Below are positions 24,991-37,725 of a stretch of DNA of 64,000 nucleotides, one piece after another. Each line of letters starts with the position of its first letter. Positions within the stretch are counted from its first letter, which is position 1. Origin of the DNA: Malacoraja senta (taxonomy: Eukaryota); the NCBI GenBank assembly GCA_038087875.1, contig CM075977.1, positions 111,848,001 through 111,912,000 of the forward strand, read 5' to 3'. The translations under genes were made by a program, and so were the position numbers. The notes below the pieces were generated by a model. It was not told the DNA's origin. It searched no databases and was given only the letters and a program-made list of their open reading frames with translations.

Positions 24991-26928
24991 ACGCTCTTTT
25001 GCCATTCATATAACTGGAAGGGTCCCACGTAGAGCAACGCCTGCGACGGGCTATCCAACACGCAGTACATTCCCATACAGGAGATGCCATTGTGAACATA
25101 GGAGGTGCCATATCTGATATTTCACCTTCTCCATTTCGACAATCCAAAATAAAAATTATTTCCAAATAAAATGGCGACACAACTGTATTTCTTCTAGTCT
25201 AATTTACTGTGTTCGGTGTAAACAATGTTGTCTGCTCTACATTAAAAAAACGATTTATTTTGTTTGCAGAACACGTCATTTTAGGGCGTAGGAGCAATCA
25301 CACGGTGAAAAACCATGTGACCAATGAGAGAACGCACAAACTCCGTAGAGGGCCACTCCCGTAGTTAGGATCGAACCCGGGTCTCTGGCGCCTTAAGGGA
25401 GCAGCTCTACCACTGCGCCATTGTGCTTCCCTGGCAAAAAGACTAAAGGATTATGATCATATTGCGATTAATATCCTGGCACGCAGGTTGAAACCATTCG
25501 AATGCCAGTCTGCGAGGGCGGACGAGAACAAACTAATTAGGTTTCTTTAATGTAGAGCAGACCACATTGTATAAACCGAACACGGTAAATTAGACTGGAA
25601 GAAATACAGTTGCGACGCCATTTTACTTGGAAAGTATTTTTTATCATAGGTTGTCTAAATGGAGGGCGGACGAGAACAGAGGATGTCCAGTGAAACTGGA
25701 ATAACGGCAGAGCGATTCTCTCAAGGCCCTCGGGGAAACATCGACGAACAAAAATGCCATTGAATCTACATCAGCAATAATGCTTTCTGGGCCATTGCTG
25801 ACAATCAAACAACAGTGGCAGCATCAGTTAACGGGACAACTCATCCCAACTACTGAACTTCAGAAGAAAGTGGGAGGGGCTTTCACAACAGGCTCAGAAA
25901 GCAGAACTGTTTTCGCACTGTAACTGATGCTGCCACTGCAACGCGGACATATGTTCCTATCAATGGGCGAAAATCGTTGACGTGCTAATTTAACGTGGAG
26001 GTACTCAGCAGTATTGCAGCTGGGTTGGATTTTGTTTGGACTGTGATGGAATATACAAGCAATTCAAATTAAAAAATAATGGTCGCGGACGTAAGGGAAA
26101 TAGAGAAAGTTTCCTTTTCAACGGAAAGTGTTAATCCAGCAAGGAGGCGCTTCCTGAAAGTTTGATTACACATGAATTTGGGATTTGATGTAACAGTCAG
26201 TTCGGCCGTAATCTGACTGACGAAAGGTACGGGTTTATAAAATTTCACTAATATCATGGTGTTACTAATTCTCCTGGATGCGGTATTGCGCGTTATAAAA
26301 TAACGTTGAAATGATGCTCGGTTTAGAGTACATTATGCATTACGTTGTCGGCCAGCGTAATTGAACACCAATCGTAACATCCAGTCTGCAATGACAACCG
26401 AGGCGCACCAGTATTCGAGGCTTGTCACTTCTAGATCCCTGAAACTTGAGGTCGAAGGTTAGAACAATCAAAGCGGAAGCTCGGCACAGACTTTTTGCTT
26501 TTCACTTAGTATGGCTGTATGGCAACTGACATTTCACTGTACCTTATTTGGGACATGTGAGAATAAAATAACCTTGCCAACCTTGAATATTAGGGCATGC
26601 TATCAGGAAATAAAGGAAAGCTGTTCGTTATTTTATCATGTTGCCTTTTCTCCCGGTGCTCACCACTGCCGTTGTCTTTCAGGCACTGGCGTTGAGGCGA
26701 TCAACTTAGCTAATAGAACGGGCCCTGAACCTGAAGCGTTTGAGAGACAATATAATGTGTGTGGGGGCAGCTTCGACATATTGGATTTGAAGTGGTTTGA
26801 AGAAGGGTTTCGGCCCGAAACGTTGCCCATTTCCTTCGCTTCATAGATGCTACCTCACCCGCCGAGTTTCTCCAGCATTTTTGTCTACCCTCGATTTTCG
26901 AGCATCTGCAGTTCCTTCTTAAAAATAT

Positions 26929-27000
26929 ACCCTGGTGGTCTCATGGTTAGGATTCGGCGCTTTCACCGCCGCGGCCCTGGTTCGATTCCCGGTCAGGGAA
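26929..27000 (+). tRNA. tRNA-Glu(TTC) variant, probable pseudogene, unit 3
   Basis: Identical to the unit 1 copy. Confidence 0.8.
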
Positions 27001-28937
27001 ACGCTCTTTTGCCATTCATATAACTGGAAGGGTCCCACGTAGAGCAACGCCTGCGACGGGCTATCCAACACGCAGTACATTCCCATACAGGAGATGCCAT
27101 TGTGAACATAGGAGGTGCCATATCTGATATTTCACCTTCTCCATTTCGACAATCCAAAATAAAAATTATTTCCAAATAAAATGGCGACACAACTGTATTT
27201 CTTCTAGTCTAATTTACTGTGTTCGGTGTAAACAATGTTGTCTGCTCTACATTAAAAAAACGATTTATTTTGTTTGCAGAACACGTCATTTTAGGGCGTA
27301 GGAGCAATCACACGGTGAAAAACCATGTGACCAATGAGAGAACGCACAAACTCCGTAGAGGGCCACTCCCGTAGTTAGGATCGAACCCGGGTCTCTGGCG
27401 CCTTAAGGGAGCAGCTCTACCACTGCGCCATTGTGCTTCCCTGGCAAAAAGACTAAAGGATTATGATCATATTGCGATTAATATCCTGGCACGCAGGTTG
27501 AAACCATTCGAATGCCAGTCTGCGAGGGCGGACGAGAACAAACTAATTAGGTTTCTTTAATGTAGAGCAGACCACATTGTATAAACCGAACACGGTAAAT
27601 TAGACTGGAAGAAATACAGTTGCGACGCCATTTTACTTGGAAAGTATTTTTTATCATAGGTTGTCTAAATGGAGGGCGGACGAGAACAGAGGATGTCCAG
27701 TGAAACTGGAATAACGGCAGAGCGATTCTCTCAAGGCCCTCGGGGAAACATCGACGAACAAAAATGCCATTGAATCTACATCAGCAATAATGCTTTCTGG
27801 GCCATTGCTGACAATCAAACAACAGTGGCAGCATCAGTTAACGGGACAACTCATCCCAACTACTGAACTTCAGAAGAAAGTGGGAGGGGCTTTCACAACA
27901 GGCTCAGAAAGCAGAACTGTTTTCGCACTGTAACTGATGCTGCCACTGCAACGCGGACATATGTTCCTATCAATGGGCGAAAATCGTTGACGTGCTAATT
28001 TAACGTGGAGGTACTCAGCAGTATTGCAGCTGGGTTGGATTTTGTTTGGACTGTGATGGAATATACAAGCAATTCAAATTAAAAAATAATGGTCGCGGAC
28101 GTAAGGGAAATAGAGAAAGTTTCCTTTTCAACGGAAAGTGTTAATCCAGCAAGGAGGCGCTTCCTGAAAGTTTGATTACACATGAATTTGGGATTTGATG
28201 TAACAGTCAGTTCGGCCGTAATCTGACTGACGAAAGGTACGGGTTTATAAAATTTCACTAATATCATGGTGTTACTAATTCTCCTGGATGCGGTATTGCG
28301 CGTTATAAAATAACGTTGAAATGATGCTCGGTTTAGAGTACATTATGCATTACGTTGTCGGCCAGCGTAATTGAACACCAATCGTAACATCCAGTCTGCA
28401 ATGACAACCGAGGCGCACCAGTATTCGAGGCTTGTCACTTCTAGATCCCTGAAACTTGAGGTCGAAGGTTAGAACAATCAAAGCGGAAGCTCGGCACAGA
28501 CTTTTTGCTTTTCACTTAGTATGGCTGTATGGCAACTGACATTTCACTGTACCTTATTTGGGACATGTGAGAATAAAATAACCTTGCAACCTTGAATATT
28601 AGGGCATGCTATCAGGAAATAAAGGAAAGCTGTTCGTTATTTTATCATGTTGCCTTTTCTCCCGGTGCTCACCACTGCCGTTGTCTTTCAGGCACTGGCG
28701 TTGAGGCGATCAACTTAGCTAATAGAACGGGCCCTGAACCTGAAGCGTTTGAGAGACAATATAATGTGTGTGGGGGCAGCTTCGACATATTGGATTTGAA
28801 GTGGTTTGAAGAAGGGTTTCGGCCCGAAACGTTGCCCATTTCCTTCGCTTCATAGATGCTACCTCACCCGCTGAGTTTCTCCAGCATTTTTGGCTACCCT
28901 CGATTTTCCAGCATCTGCAGTTCCTTCTTAAAAATAT

Positions 28938-29009
28938 ACCCTGGTGGTCTCATGGTTAGGATTCGGCGCTTTCACCGCCGCGGCCCTGGTTCGATTCCCG
29001 GTCAGGGAA
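28938..29009 (+). tRNA. tRNA-Glu(TTC) variant, probable pseudogene, unit 4
   Basis: Identical to the unit 1 copy. Confidence 0.8.
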
Positions 29010-31374
29010 ACGCTCTTTTGCCATTCATATAACTGGAAAGGTCCCACGTAGAGCAACGCCTGCGACGGGCTATCCAACACGCAGTACATTCCCATACAGG
29101 AGATGCCATTGTGAACATAGGAGGTGCCATATCTGATATTTCACCTTCTCCATTTCGACAATCCAAAATAAAAATTATTTCCAAATAAAATGGCGACACA
29201 ACTGTATTTCTTCTAGTCTAATTTACTGTGTTCGGTGTAAACAATGTTGTCTGCTCTACATTAAAAAAAAACTAATTATTTTGTTTGCAGAACACATCAT
29301 TTTAGAGCGTAGGAGCAATCCTCAGCTTCCTGTTACGTGCCACTGTTATTATCTTCTCGATCCACTTTTGCCCTCTACCCTCTATCCTTTAGAAGCAAAG
29401 TGCAAGAGAAGGACGATCGACACATCACTTTTTGTTGGGCACATTTCAGTCTTCCGCACTCAATATCCAACTCTCAATTTTTGCTAACTCATGCCTCCTT
29501 TCCGTTTGGATAATAACTTGGCAGTTCCTCCTGCCATGATCATATTAATGTCTCGTAATAAAATTATACATTTCTGAAGGTGAGCTGTCAGTCTTGTTCG
29601 CTGCAGAGATAAAGAAATCCCAACCTATCCAGTCTGTCACAATTTAAATTCCCCAGTCCTGGCAAAATCCGTTTTGGTTATATTCTGCCGCTCTCCACTT
29701 AATTATATCCATCCTAAGTTATTCTGACCTAGACAATATTCCACTCACCGTTTCACCAACGTCCTGTATCGAATATTATGCGCTCAATTTCCTTGATGTC
29801 AAGCTGTTCCGCCGATCCTCCGTGATAAATGTTTGGAGTTTCTCAATTAAACTCCACTTGAAGTCGACTGGGTGCGACGACTGTTGTAAAGTAAACACAA
29901 AACAGAAACTGAATGAGGGGAGGGTAATCCGATCTCCCCCCAGTCAGCTAGACCTGCATTGATTGCAAACATATTCGGCATCAACGAGATGGAGTACACT
30001 GTATAGTGAAAGGCTTGGATGCAGAGGAAGTGGAGAGGATGTTTCTACCATTGGGGGAGTCTAGGACTGGAGGCCATAGCATCAGAATTGAAGGACGTAC
30101 TTTTGGGAAGGAGATGAGGAGATATATTTGTCAGTGGTTGGTGAATTTGTGGAATACTTTGCCATAGAAGGCTGCGGAGGCCAAGTCGGTGGATATTTTA
30201 AAGGCATAGATAGACAGATAGATTCTTGATTAACATTGAAAACGTAGAAAAGAGGTGCAGGAAGAGGCCATTTGGCCCTCCGAGCCTGCACGGGAGTCAG
30301 AGTTTATGGATAGAATGTTGCAGGTTTATAAGACGTTGGTGAGACTGCATTTAGAAAATGTTGTTAAGTTTGCGAGTCATATATTGTCAAAGATATGGTC
30401 AAGCTTGAAAGGGTTCAGAAAAGATTTACGAACATTTTGCCAGGACCAGAGGGTGTGAGCTATAGGGAGAAGTTTAGGTTGGGTCTCAATTCCATGGAAC
30501 GATAGTGGATCAGCGGTGATCTTATAGAGGCGTACAAAATCATGAGACGAAATGATCGGCTAGATGCGCAAAGTCTCATTCAAGTGCAGGTGCATCGGGG
30601 ACCAGAGGACATAGGTTTCTCCCTGAACTTTCCCCCTGAATAATGTAAATAAGAACACTCACAAGAACCTTTCTACTTTATTTTTCAACAGTGCCACGTG
30701 GAAACACCTGGGACGAAATTGATAATGGGTAGATGTAAAGGGATTGGGTTAGTGTCTGGGAACAATGGTTCAAGGTCTGAAAATAAACTAAATATAGAAA
30801 CAAAAAGCTGGAGTAACGCAGCGGGACGGGCAGCATCTCTGGAGAGAAGGAATTGAGTGGCGTTTCTAGTCGAGTCCTTCTTCAGACTGAAGAAGGGGTC
30901 TCGATCCGAAACGTCACCCATACTTTCTCTCCAGAGATGCTGCCTGTCCCGCTAAGTTACTCCAGCATTCTGTGTCTACCTACGGTTGAAACCAGCATCT
31001 GCAATTCCTTCTTACACCCTCCACATAAACTATTTAATCGTATCGTTTGTTGTTGAATGATATTTTTGTCCGACCTTTCTGCAGCTGCAACCTCGTGGAA
31101 CATATTTAAATTTAGAAATATTGTTCGCAATCCTACTTTAGAGTTCCTTTATTCTGTACGTGCTAAATTGGTGCATGTGCAATGAACGACCACCCTTGTG
31201 ATTGTTGACGTATTACATTCACACGGGAGCAAAATCCGTAATGAATGTCCACAGGGAGGTGTTCTCAATAACTCGTTAATCTTTTTCTTGGCTTATAAAT
31301 GTTCAGCGGTTTAACCTCCCACTGTAACATCTGTAAGCTTTGTACTGCATTTCCGAGGTCGCTTTGAAGGAGAA

Positions 31375-31444
31375 ATGGGTCTGATACGGCACTTGTCGGT
31401 TGAATATTATTATTACCCAATCCTGGCATCAATTGGAGTGCCCG
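31375..31444 (+). CDS. GPR139-like GPCR copy 2, exon 1
   Basis: MGLIRHLSVEYYYYPILASIGVP followed by a phase-1 donor G|GTATGT. Confidence 0.8.
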
Positions 31445-32172
31445 GTATGTCACTTGACGGGTGTATGTGGGATAACCGTGACGACAATTGATTGGGTTGC
31501 GGTAATGTTGAAGATAATGTGAAAATAGTGTGACGAAATGTGCTAAATGCAAGGTTGCCCCATGGAACGGGGTTTGGGGAATAACCGGAAGATAATGTAG
31601 TTATTGTATGCTTTTAATATATTTCATCGTTTGCCGTTTACTGGGACTGGTATAGAATTATTCTTGCATTATTGTTAAGTGAAGTAACAGCCAAGTAAGC
31701 TGAGCGACAAAGGCTGCATCTGGTTATACCTCGGGCGATTGCATTTCCCGCATCTATTTTTGTTTCCATCTAGTCTCCCATGTTATGCCTTTAAATTTCG
31801 TTAATTTTAACTGAATCGCGATTACCGCATCGCGTGCAGGTAATCTCTATTATACACGGCCCCCTTCAAACGTTGCAAACCCGGTAAGCAAATGCCGATC
31901 CGAAAGGTGCGCCACATTAACATTAATTTTAGTCTTGTTGCTCATACTACACTTCCGTTCAAACCGTTTCTCAGTTGATTAATTCATAGTTAAGGTGGAA
32001 TATTTCTTCGTGAGAGCAGTATAAGGGATTGCCTTCAAACCAAAGGAATCTCCGTCCATGCCATCCTGTTCACAATATTAGGAAAGCAAAATAACAATAT
32101 ATACACACCCATTACTCAACTCGAAGTTTTTCTGTCCACATAATCACAATTGCTTATTTCTTACTCCCCTAG

Positions 32173-33071
32173 TGAATCTATTGGCGATTGTGGTCCTGTC
32201 CAAAGGAAAGTGCGGTCTCTCCAAATGCATCACTCGTTATCTGGTGGCTATGGCGACGGCGGACCTCACGGTGATTGTCTGCGAAGTGATTTTAAATCGG
32301 ATTGCCGTTATTTATTGGCGGAACACATTCCTGTACTTAACTCCTGTGTGCAAGTTTATTCTCTTCCTGTCCGCCGCGGCCGTGGACTGTTCCGTATGGT
32401 TCACGGTCGCATTCACATTTGATAGGTTTGTGGCCATCTCCAAACAGAATCTGAGATCCAGATACTGTACCGACAGAACCGCGGCGGTGGTTATGGTGAC
32501 CCTATGTACCTTCTTCTGTTTACAGAACGCTCCCAGGCCTTTCTCTTATAATTCTTTCCACAACAAGAATGGTTTACTGTGGGGCTGCAGAATCCGATCG
32601 GACTTCTATTACCTGCCCGCATGGATCGCATATTCTTGGACCGAGGCGTTGTTGACCCCAGTGATTCCATTCTGTTTGATTTTGTTCCTTAATGCGCACA
32701 CGGCGAGACGTATTTTAATGGCAAATCGGGTCCGCAGAAGGCTTCGCGATCTCAGTCGTGTAGACCCGGAGACGGAAAGCCGTAAACGGTCAATAATGTT
32801 ACTCTTTGCAATCTCCAGCAGCTTTATCCTGCTCTGGGTCACAACTGTATCTTATTTTGTTTACTATCGATGTATCAACGGAAGTTGGATGCGAGGTTTC
32901 ACAAACCCATATGCAACATTTGAAGTAACTGGAGTTATGTTGCAGCTGCTGAACACCTGTACAAACACACTGATTTACACCGTCACCCAGGGGAAGTTCA
33001 GAGAGCAGCTCCTTCACGAACTTCAATGGCCCGTCGCGCAAACAGGAAAGTTAATGAAACTTATGAAATGA
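32173..33071 (+). CDS. GPR139-like GPCR copy 2, exon 2 (about 322 aa in total)
   Basis: Same acceptor context as copy 1; intact 7TM ORF; about 37 substitutions relative to copy 1 before the divergent C-terminal tail (manual count). Confidence 0.9.
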
Positions 33072-34539
33072 TGTTTAAAATAACGTAACACGTCTTCCCG
33101 AGTGTGACTTTATGGATCTCTGGTGAAGAGGGAGCATTGAAAGAAAATCACACCTATGTTTCCAAAACATTTCAAAACATGTCACGCATATTCGGATAAA
33201 ACATTACGGCGTAAGGGCGTGTTGGCAGCCCCCGCCCTTCGCAGACCTACGCCCTGTGCTTTAAAATGAACACCGCCCGTGTCCCTATTGCTCTACGGAT
33301 AGGGAGGTCGTCTGGAACCTGATGTTCACTTCTACCAGAGCGGCCTCCAGTATCTACGCATTTGAAAAATTCCGCAACATCTCTGAAGTTACGAGAATTG
33401 CTGATGTTCATACAAGCCAGGGTAGATACATAATCTATATTTTTATAGGAAGGAGATATTGACAGTCTACGGATTTTACCGCGGTAATGTGCATAAGTTC
33501 AATTCATGTGCAGAGGATCTGACGGTTTGTACAACTAAATGGCCCATATTTCAGATAGAGATAGGCCCCGCTCTCTCTTTTCTGCTGAATAGATACCGTC
33601 TGCTTATATAACCCATTCTTCAAAAACTTTACAATATTCCACGTCAAATCTGAGCATTCAAATGCAGGAACCAAATGTGGACCAGATTGACGAATCCTGA
33701 CAGAGCCTCACGACATTCCTATAACACCTGGAAGAAAGTGACGCAAGGTTCCCTCAGCATATGACAGCCCCGCCATCCCGGGAATTAACCTTGTAAACTT
33801 ACGCTGCACTCCCTGAATAGCAAATGTCCTTCCTCAAATTAGGGGACCTGTAATGGTAGGACTCCTGAAATGAAGTTATATTGTAATGTTATTTCCTGCT
33901 TCATTATCAATAGTTTTTAAATGTGCTCCACCAGATGCCGATTTACATTAAACCGTGATTTCGGGAAGGAAGCGGTCGCTCTGGCAGAATATGCTCCAGA
34001 TTAGTTGTTCGTTCTTATTGACATGCAATGTCCCGTTAAGCAGCTCACATAACTCATATTACATAGGAATTAAAAGCCCATGACAGACTTATATGACATT
34101 TGCACTTGTTATCAATTAAGCCAATATGTAATATCTAAGGTCATGTTTATATTGTGATCAATCTCTTTATCTCAGGATGTTGCAGGCAGTTCCTTGTGAC
34201 ATGCGAAATCGAATTTACCGCACTTAATGGAAATTATGGAATTGTCTCTGAATCGTTGACAAATGTTAATTTCAATGTCGATTCAATTTGATTTGTTCGA
34301 TGTTCTCTTTGACATTAAAGACTGAAGTCTTCTCAAAACCAAATATCTAACCTTGTTCTCCGAGTGTGCCTTTCACTATTGTCTCACAATGGAATGACGT
34401 TGATCAGTGTTCAGGGTTGTTTTGGTTGAATAGGTTTTAAGCGCTGATTGACGAATAACTAGTGGTATAAATCAGAATGTACCAGTCCCGTCAGGTTGAT
34501 TTGCTGCTTTGAATCCATAATAACAGCTGAGAGGGCGGA

Positions 34540-35690
34540 AGAGCTACCGCTTGAAACATTGATGACTGCTTCGGGGCTAGCTCCTTCACCCACGCAGAAC
34601 TGCCGGACGTCATTAACTACACAACTAATTTTCATCCCGCACTCAAATTCACTTGGACCAAATCCGATATCTCCCTACCGTTTCTTAATCACACCGTCTC
34701 CATCACAAGAGATAGATCATCGACCCGCATTAACTATAAACGTACTGACTCCCACAGCTATCTTGACTACATTTCTTCCCACTCTGCCTCCTGTAAAGAC
34801 TCTATGCACTACTCCCAATTCCTCCGTCCACGCCGCATCTGCGCCCACGATGAAGTGTTACAACCATGACATCTGAGATGTACTTTTTCTTTAGTCACCA
34901 GGGTTCACCACTTACATTATAGATTAGTCCCTCACTAGGGTCTTCTCGATATCCCACAGCTCCGCTCTTGCTCCCCTCCCCCAGTCGCAACAGGGACAGT
35001 GTCCCCCAGACCGCACATTTCACCCCATCAGTCATCGTATAAGCACTTAATCCTCCAATATTTCCGCCACCTCCAACGGGATACCACCACGAGCCATATC
35101 TTCCCGTCTTCAACCCTATCCGTTTACCGCAGAGACCGTTTCCTCCGAAACTCACTGGTTAACATGTCCTTCCCGTTAATACCCCCCCCCTCCTCACCCG
35201 CTCTTTCTGGGTACTTTCCCCTGCAAACGCGTGAGCTACAACGCCTGTCCCTATACCTCCTCCCTCGACACCGTCCAAGGACCCGGGCAGACTTTTCGGG
35301 TGAGGTAAGGATTCACATGCATCTCCTCCAACCTCATCTACTGTGTCCGCTGTTCCAGGTGTTGGCTCCTATATATCGGCGACACCAAGCGCAGGCTCTT
35401 CGATCGTTTCGCTGAACACCTTATCTCAGTCCGCCTGGAATTTCCCGATCTCCCGCTTGCCAAAGACTTTAATTCCCCATCCCATTCCCACCCTAATGTG
35501 TGGCTCCTAGGCCTCCTACATTGTCAGAGCGAGGCCAAACACAAATTGGAGGAACAGCGTCTCATATTTCGCTTAGACAGCTGAAAACCCAGTAGTATGA
35601 ATATTGATTTCTCTCACTTCAAGTAGCCTTTGCATTCTTTCTCACTCCATCCCTCCCTCACCTAAGTCGCAGTTGATTCCAAGTCCTCTT
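34540..35690 (+). mobile_element. Penelope-like retroelement, paralog of 6640-7790
   Basis: Collinear with the copy A element; GIY-YIG-encoding region at ~35300-35580. Confidence 0.85.
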
Positions 35691-35754
35691 CTTCAGTCTC
35701 ATACTCTACAACTCATTCAAAGATAAGAAACTTTTTTTCATATCTTAGAAACAC

Positions 35755-36770
35755 AAAAAAATAGAAAAAAAGTGCAAGAGTAGGCGATTCGGCCCTTCGA
35801 GCCAGCACCGCCAGCCAATATGATGACTGCTGATCATCTAAGGTCAGCAACCCGTTCCTGATTTTTACCCATATCCCTAGATTCCTATTGCTCTAAGAGC
35901 AAAATCTAACTCTCTCTTGAAAACATCGAGCGAATTGGCCTCCACTCCCTTCTGTGGCAGAGAATCCCACAGGTTCACAACTAACTGGGTGAAAATAGTT
36001 TTCCTCATCTCGGTCATAAATCGGCTCCCCTTATTCTAAAATTGTGACCCCTGGTTTTGGACTTCATCAACATCGGGAATATTTTTCCTGCATCTAGCCG
36101 GTCGAATCATTTAAGAATGTTATATGTTCCTATAAGATCACTTCCAATCCTTCTAAATTCCAGCGAATGCAAGGCCAATCGACCAATTATTTCATCATAT
36201 GTCAGTCCCGCCATCCCGTGAATTAACCTACGCTGCACTCACCCAATAGCAATAACGTTATTCCTCAAATGAGGAGGCCAAAATTGCACACTATACTCTA
36301 GGTGCGGTTACACCAGGGCCCTGTACAACCGCAGTAGGACCTCCTTGCGCCTATACTCAAATCCTCTCGCAATGAAGGCCAACATGCCAGTAGCTTTCTT
36401 CACTGCATGCTGTACCTGCACGCTCACTTTCAGTGACTGATGGACAAGCACACCCAGGTCTCGTTGCACCTCCCCTTTTCCACATCTGACACCATTAGGA
36501 TATTAATATGCCTTCTGTTCTTGCCACTAAAGTGGATAACCTCTCATATATCCACATTATACTGCATCTGCCATGCATCTGCCGACTCACCCAACCTATC
36601 CAAGTCACCCTGCAGCCTCATAGCATCCTCATCGTATCTCACACTACCATACAGCCGAGTGTCATCCGCAAACTTGGAGATGTCACATTTAATTCCCTCG
36701 TCCAAATCGTTAATATATATTGTAAATAACTGGGGTCACAGCACAGAACCTTGCGGCATCCCACTGGTCA
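35755..36770 (-). mobile_element. CR1 LINE 3' portion, paralog of 7870-9310
   Basis: Collinear with copy A but lacks the patchwork insertion. Confidence 0.8.
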
Positions 36771-37419
36771 CTGCATTCTTTAATTCGTCTATTCTATATC
36801 TCCCTACATCACTGTCTGTATATCTCGTTTCCATTTCCCCTGACTCTCCAGTCTGAAAAATGGACTCTATCCGAAACGTCAATCATTCCTTTTCTCCAGA
36901 GATGCTGTCTCGCCCGCTGAGTTACTGGAAGTTTTTTTGTGTCTATATACGATCCTCAGTATGACATTATGTTAAAAATAATACGCATGGCGTCCAGCAC
37001 AATGCACACCACTACTCGAGCTTCTCATCAGACCCATTATTAAAGGCAGTAAATCATCTTTACCAAGTAGTCAAGGCCTCGCATTAGAAAGGCGAATGCA
37101 ACGTGCGGCTCACCACGGTTGCGAGCTATTTTCAATGACCCGAACATCAATGAATAACGTCAAAATTCCTATCTTGGATCGCCAATAACCATCCACACTA
37201 TTTCAGCTTTTGTGCGCCGCTGAAGAATCTCTGCATCCATCTCCCCACCAACGTACCGACACCTGCGTTGTTTGTGCATAGGGACGTTAGATATCGGCCG
37301 CGTGGTTGAAATAGCTGGCTCCAAACTCTGATCTCTATGACATCTCATCAATCTTACCCTGCCAACCTGATCAAGTTCAGTCAGTGCCATTATTTCCTCT
37401 CTGCCATCTTGCACATAGA

Positions 37420-37725
37420 CGTTAGAGAAAGAGTGTAGAACCAGGGGCTTCGGCCCATCGAGATCGCACCCAGCGAGCACCCTGTACACTTACACTATCC
37501 TATACACCAGGGACAATGTCAAATTTACAGAAATCATTTCATCTACGAACCTCTACGTCTTTGAAATGCATTTGCTTGGAATGGGACGGAATGGGATGCT
37601 TTATTGTCACATGTGACAAGGCCAAGGGAGAACGCACAAACTCCATACAGACCGCACCCGTAGTTAGGATCGAACCCGGGTCTCTGGCGGTATAAGGGAG
37701 CAGCTCTACCGCTGCGCCATTGTGT
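37420..37725 (-). mobile_element. tRNA-derived SINE, paralog of 20850-21405
   Basis: ggatcgaacccgggtctctggcg..ctctaccgctgcgcc, i.e. B and A boxes on the minus strand. Confidence 0.7.

Larger units (their letters stand above)
21281..29320 (+). repeat. Tandem array of four ~2010-bp units
   Basis: Units start at 21281, 23291, 25300 and 27310 (acacggtgaaaaacc) and are near-identical; the ORF track repeats with the same period. Confidence 0.95.

Noticed and set aside
21281-29320. Regularly spaced repeats or recurring ORFs as a CRISPR-like or multigene system
   Set aside because: This is a eukaryotic tandem duplication with whole 2-kb units repeated and no unique spacers; the recurring ORFs are short, include SINE- and Penelope-derived sequence, and lack domains.
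2172-32172. Exactly 30,000-bp offset between the two GPCR exon 2 acceptors
   Set aside because: Coincidence: the exon 1 offset is 30,349 and other paralogous points have different offsets.
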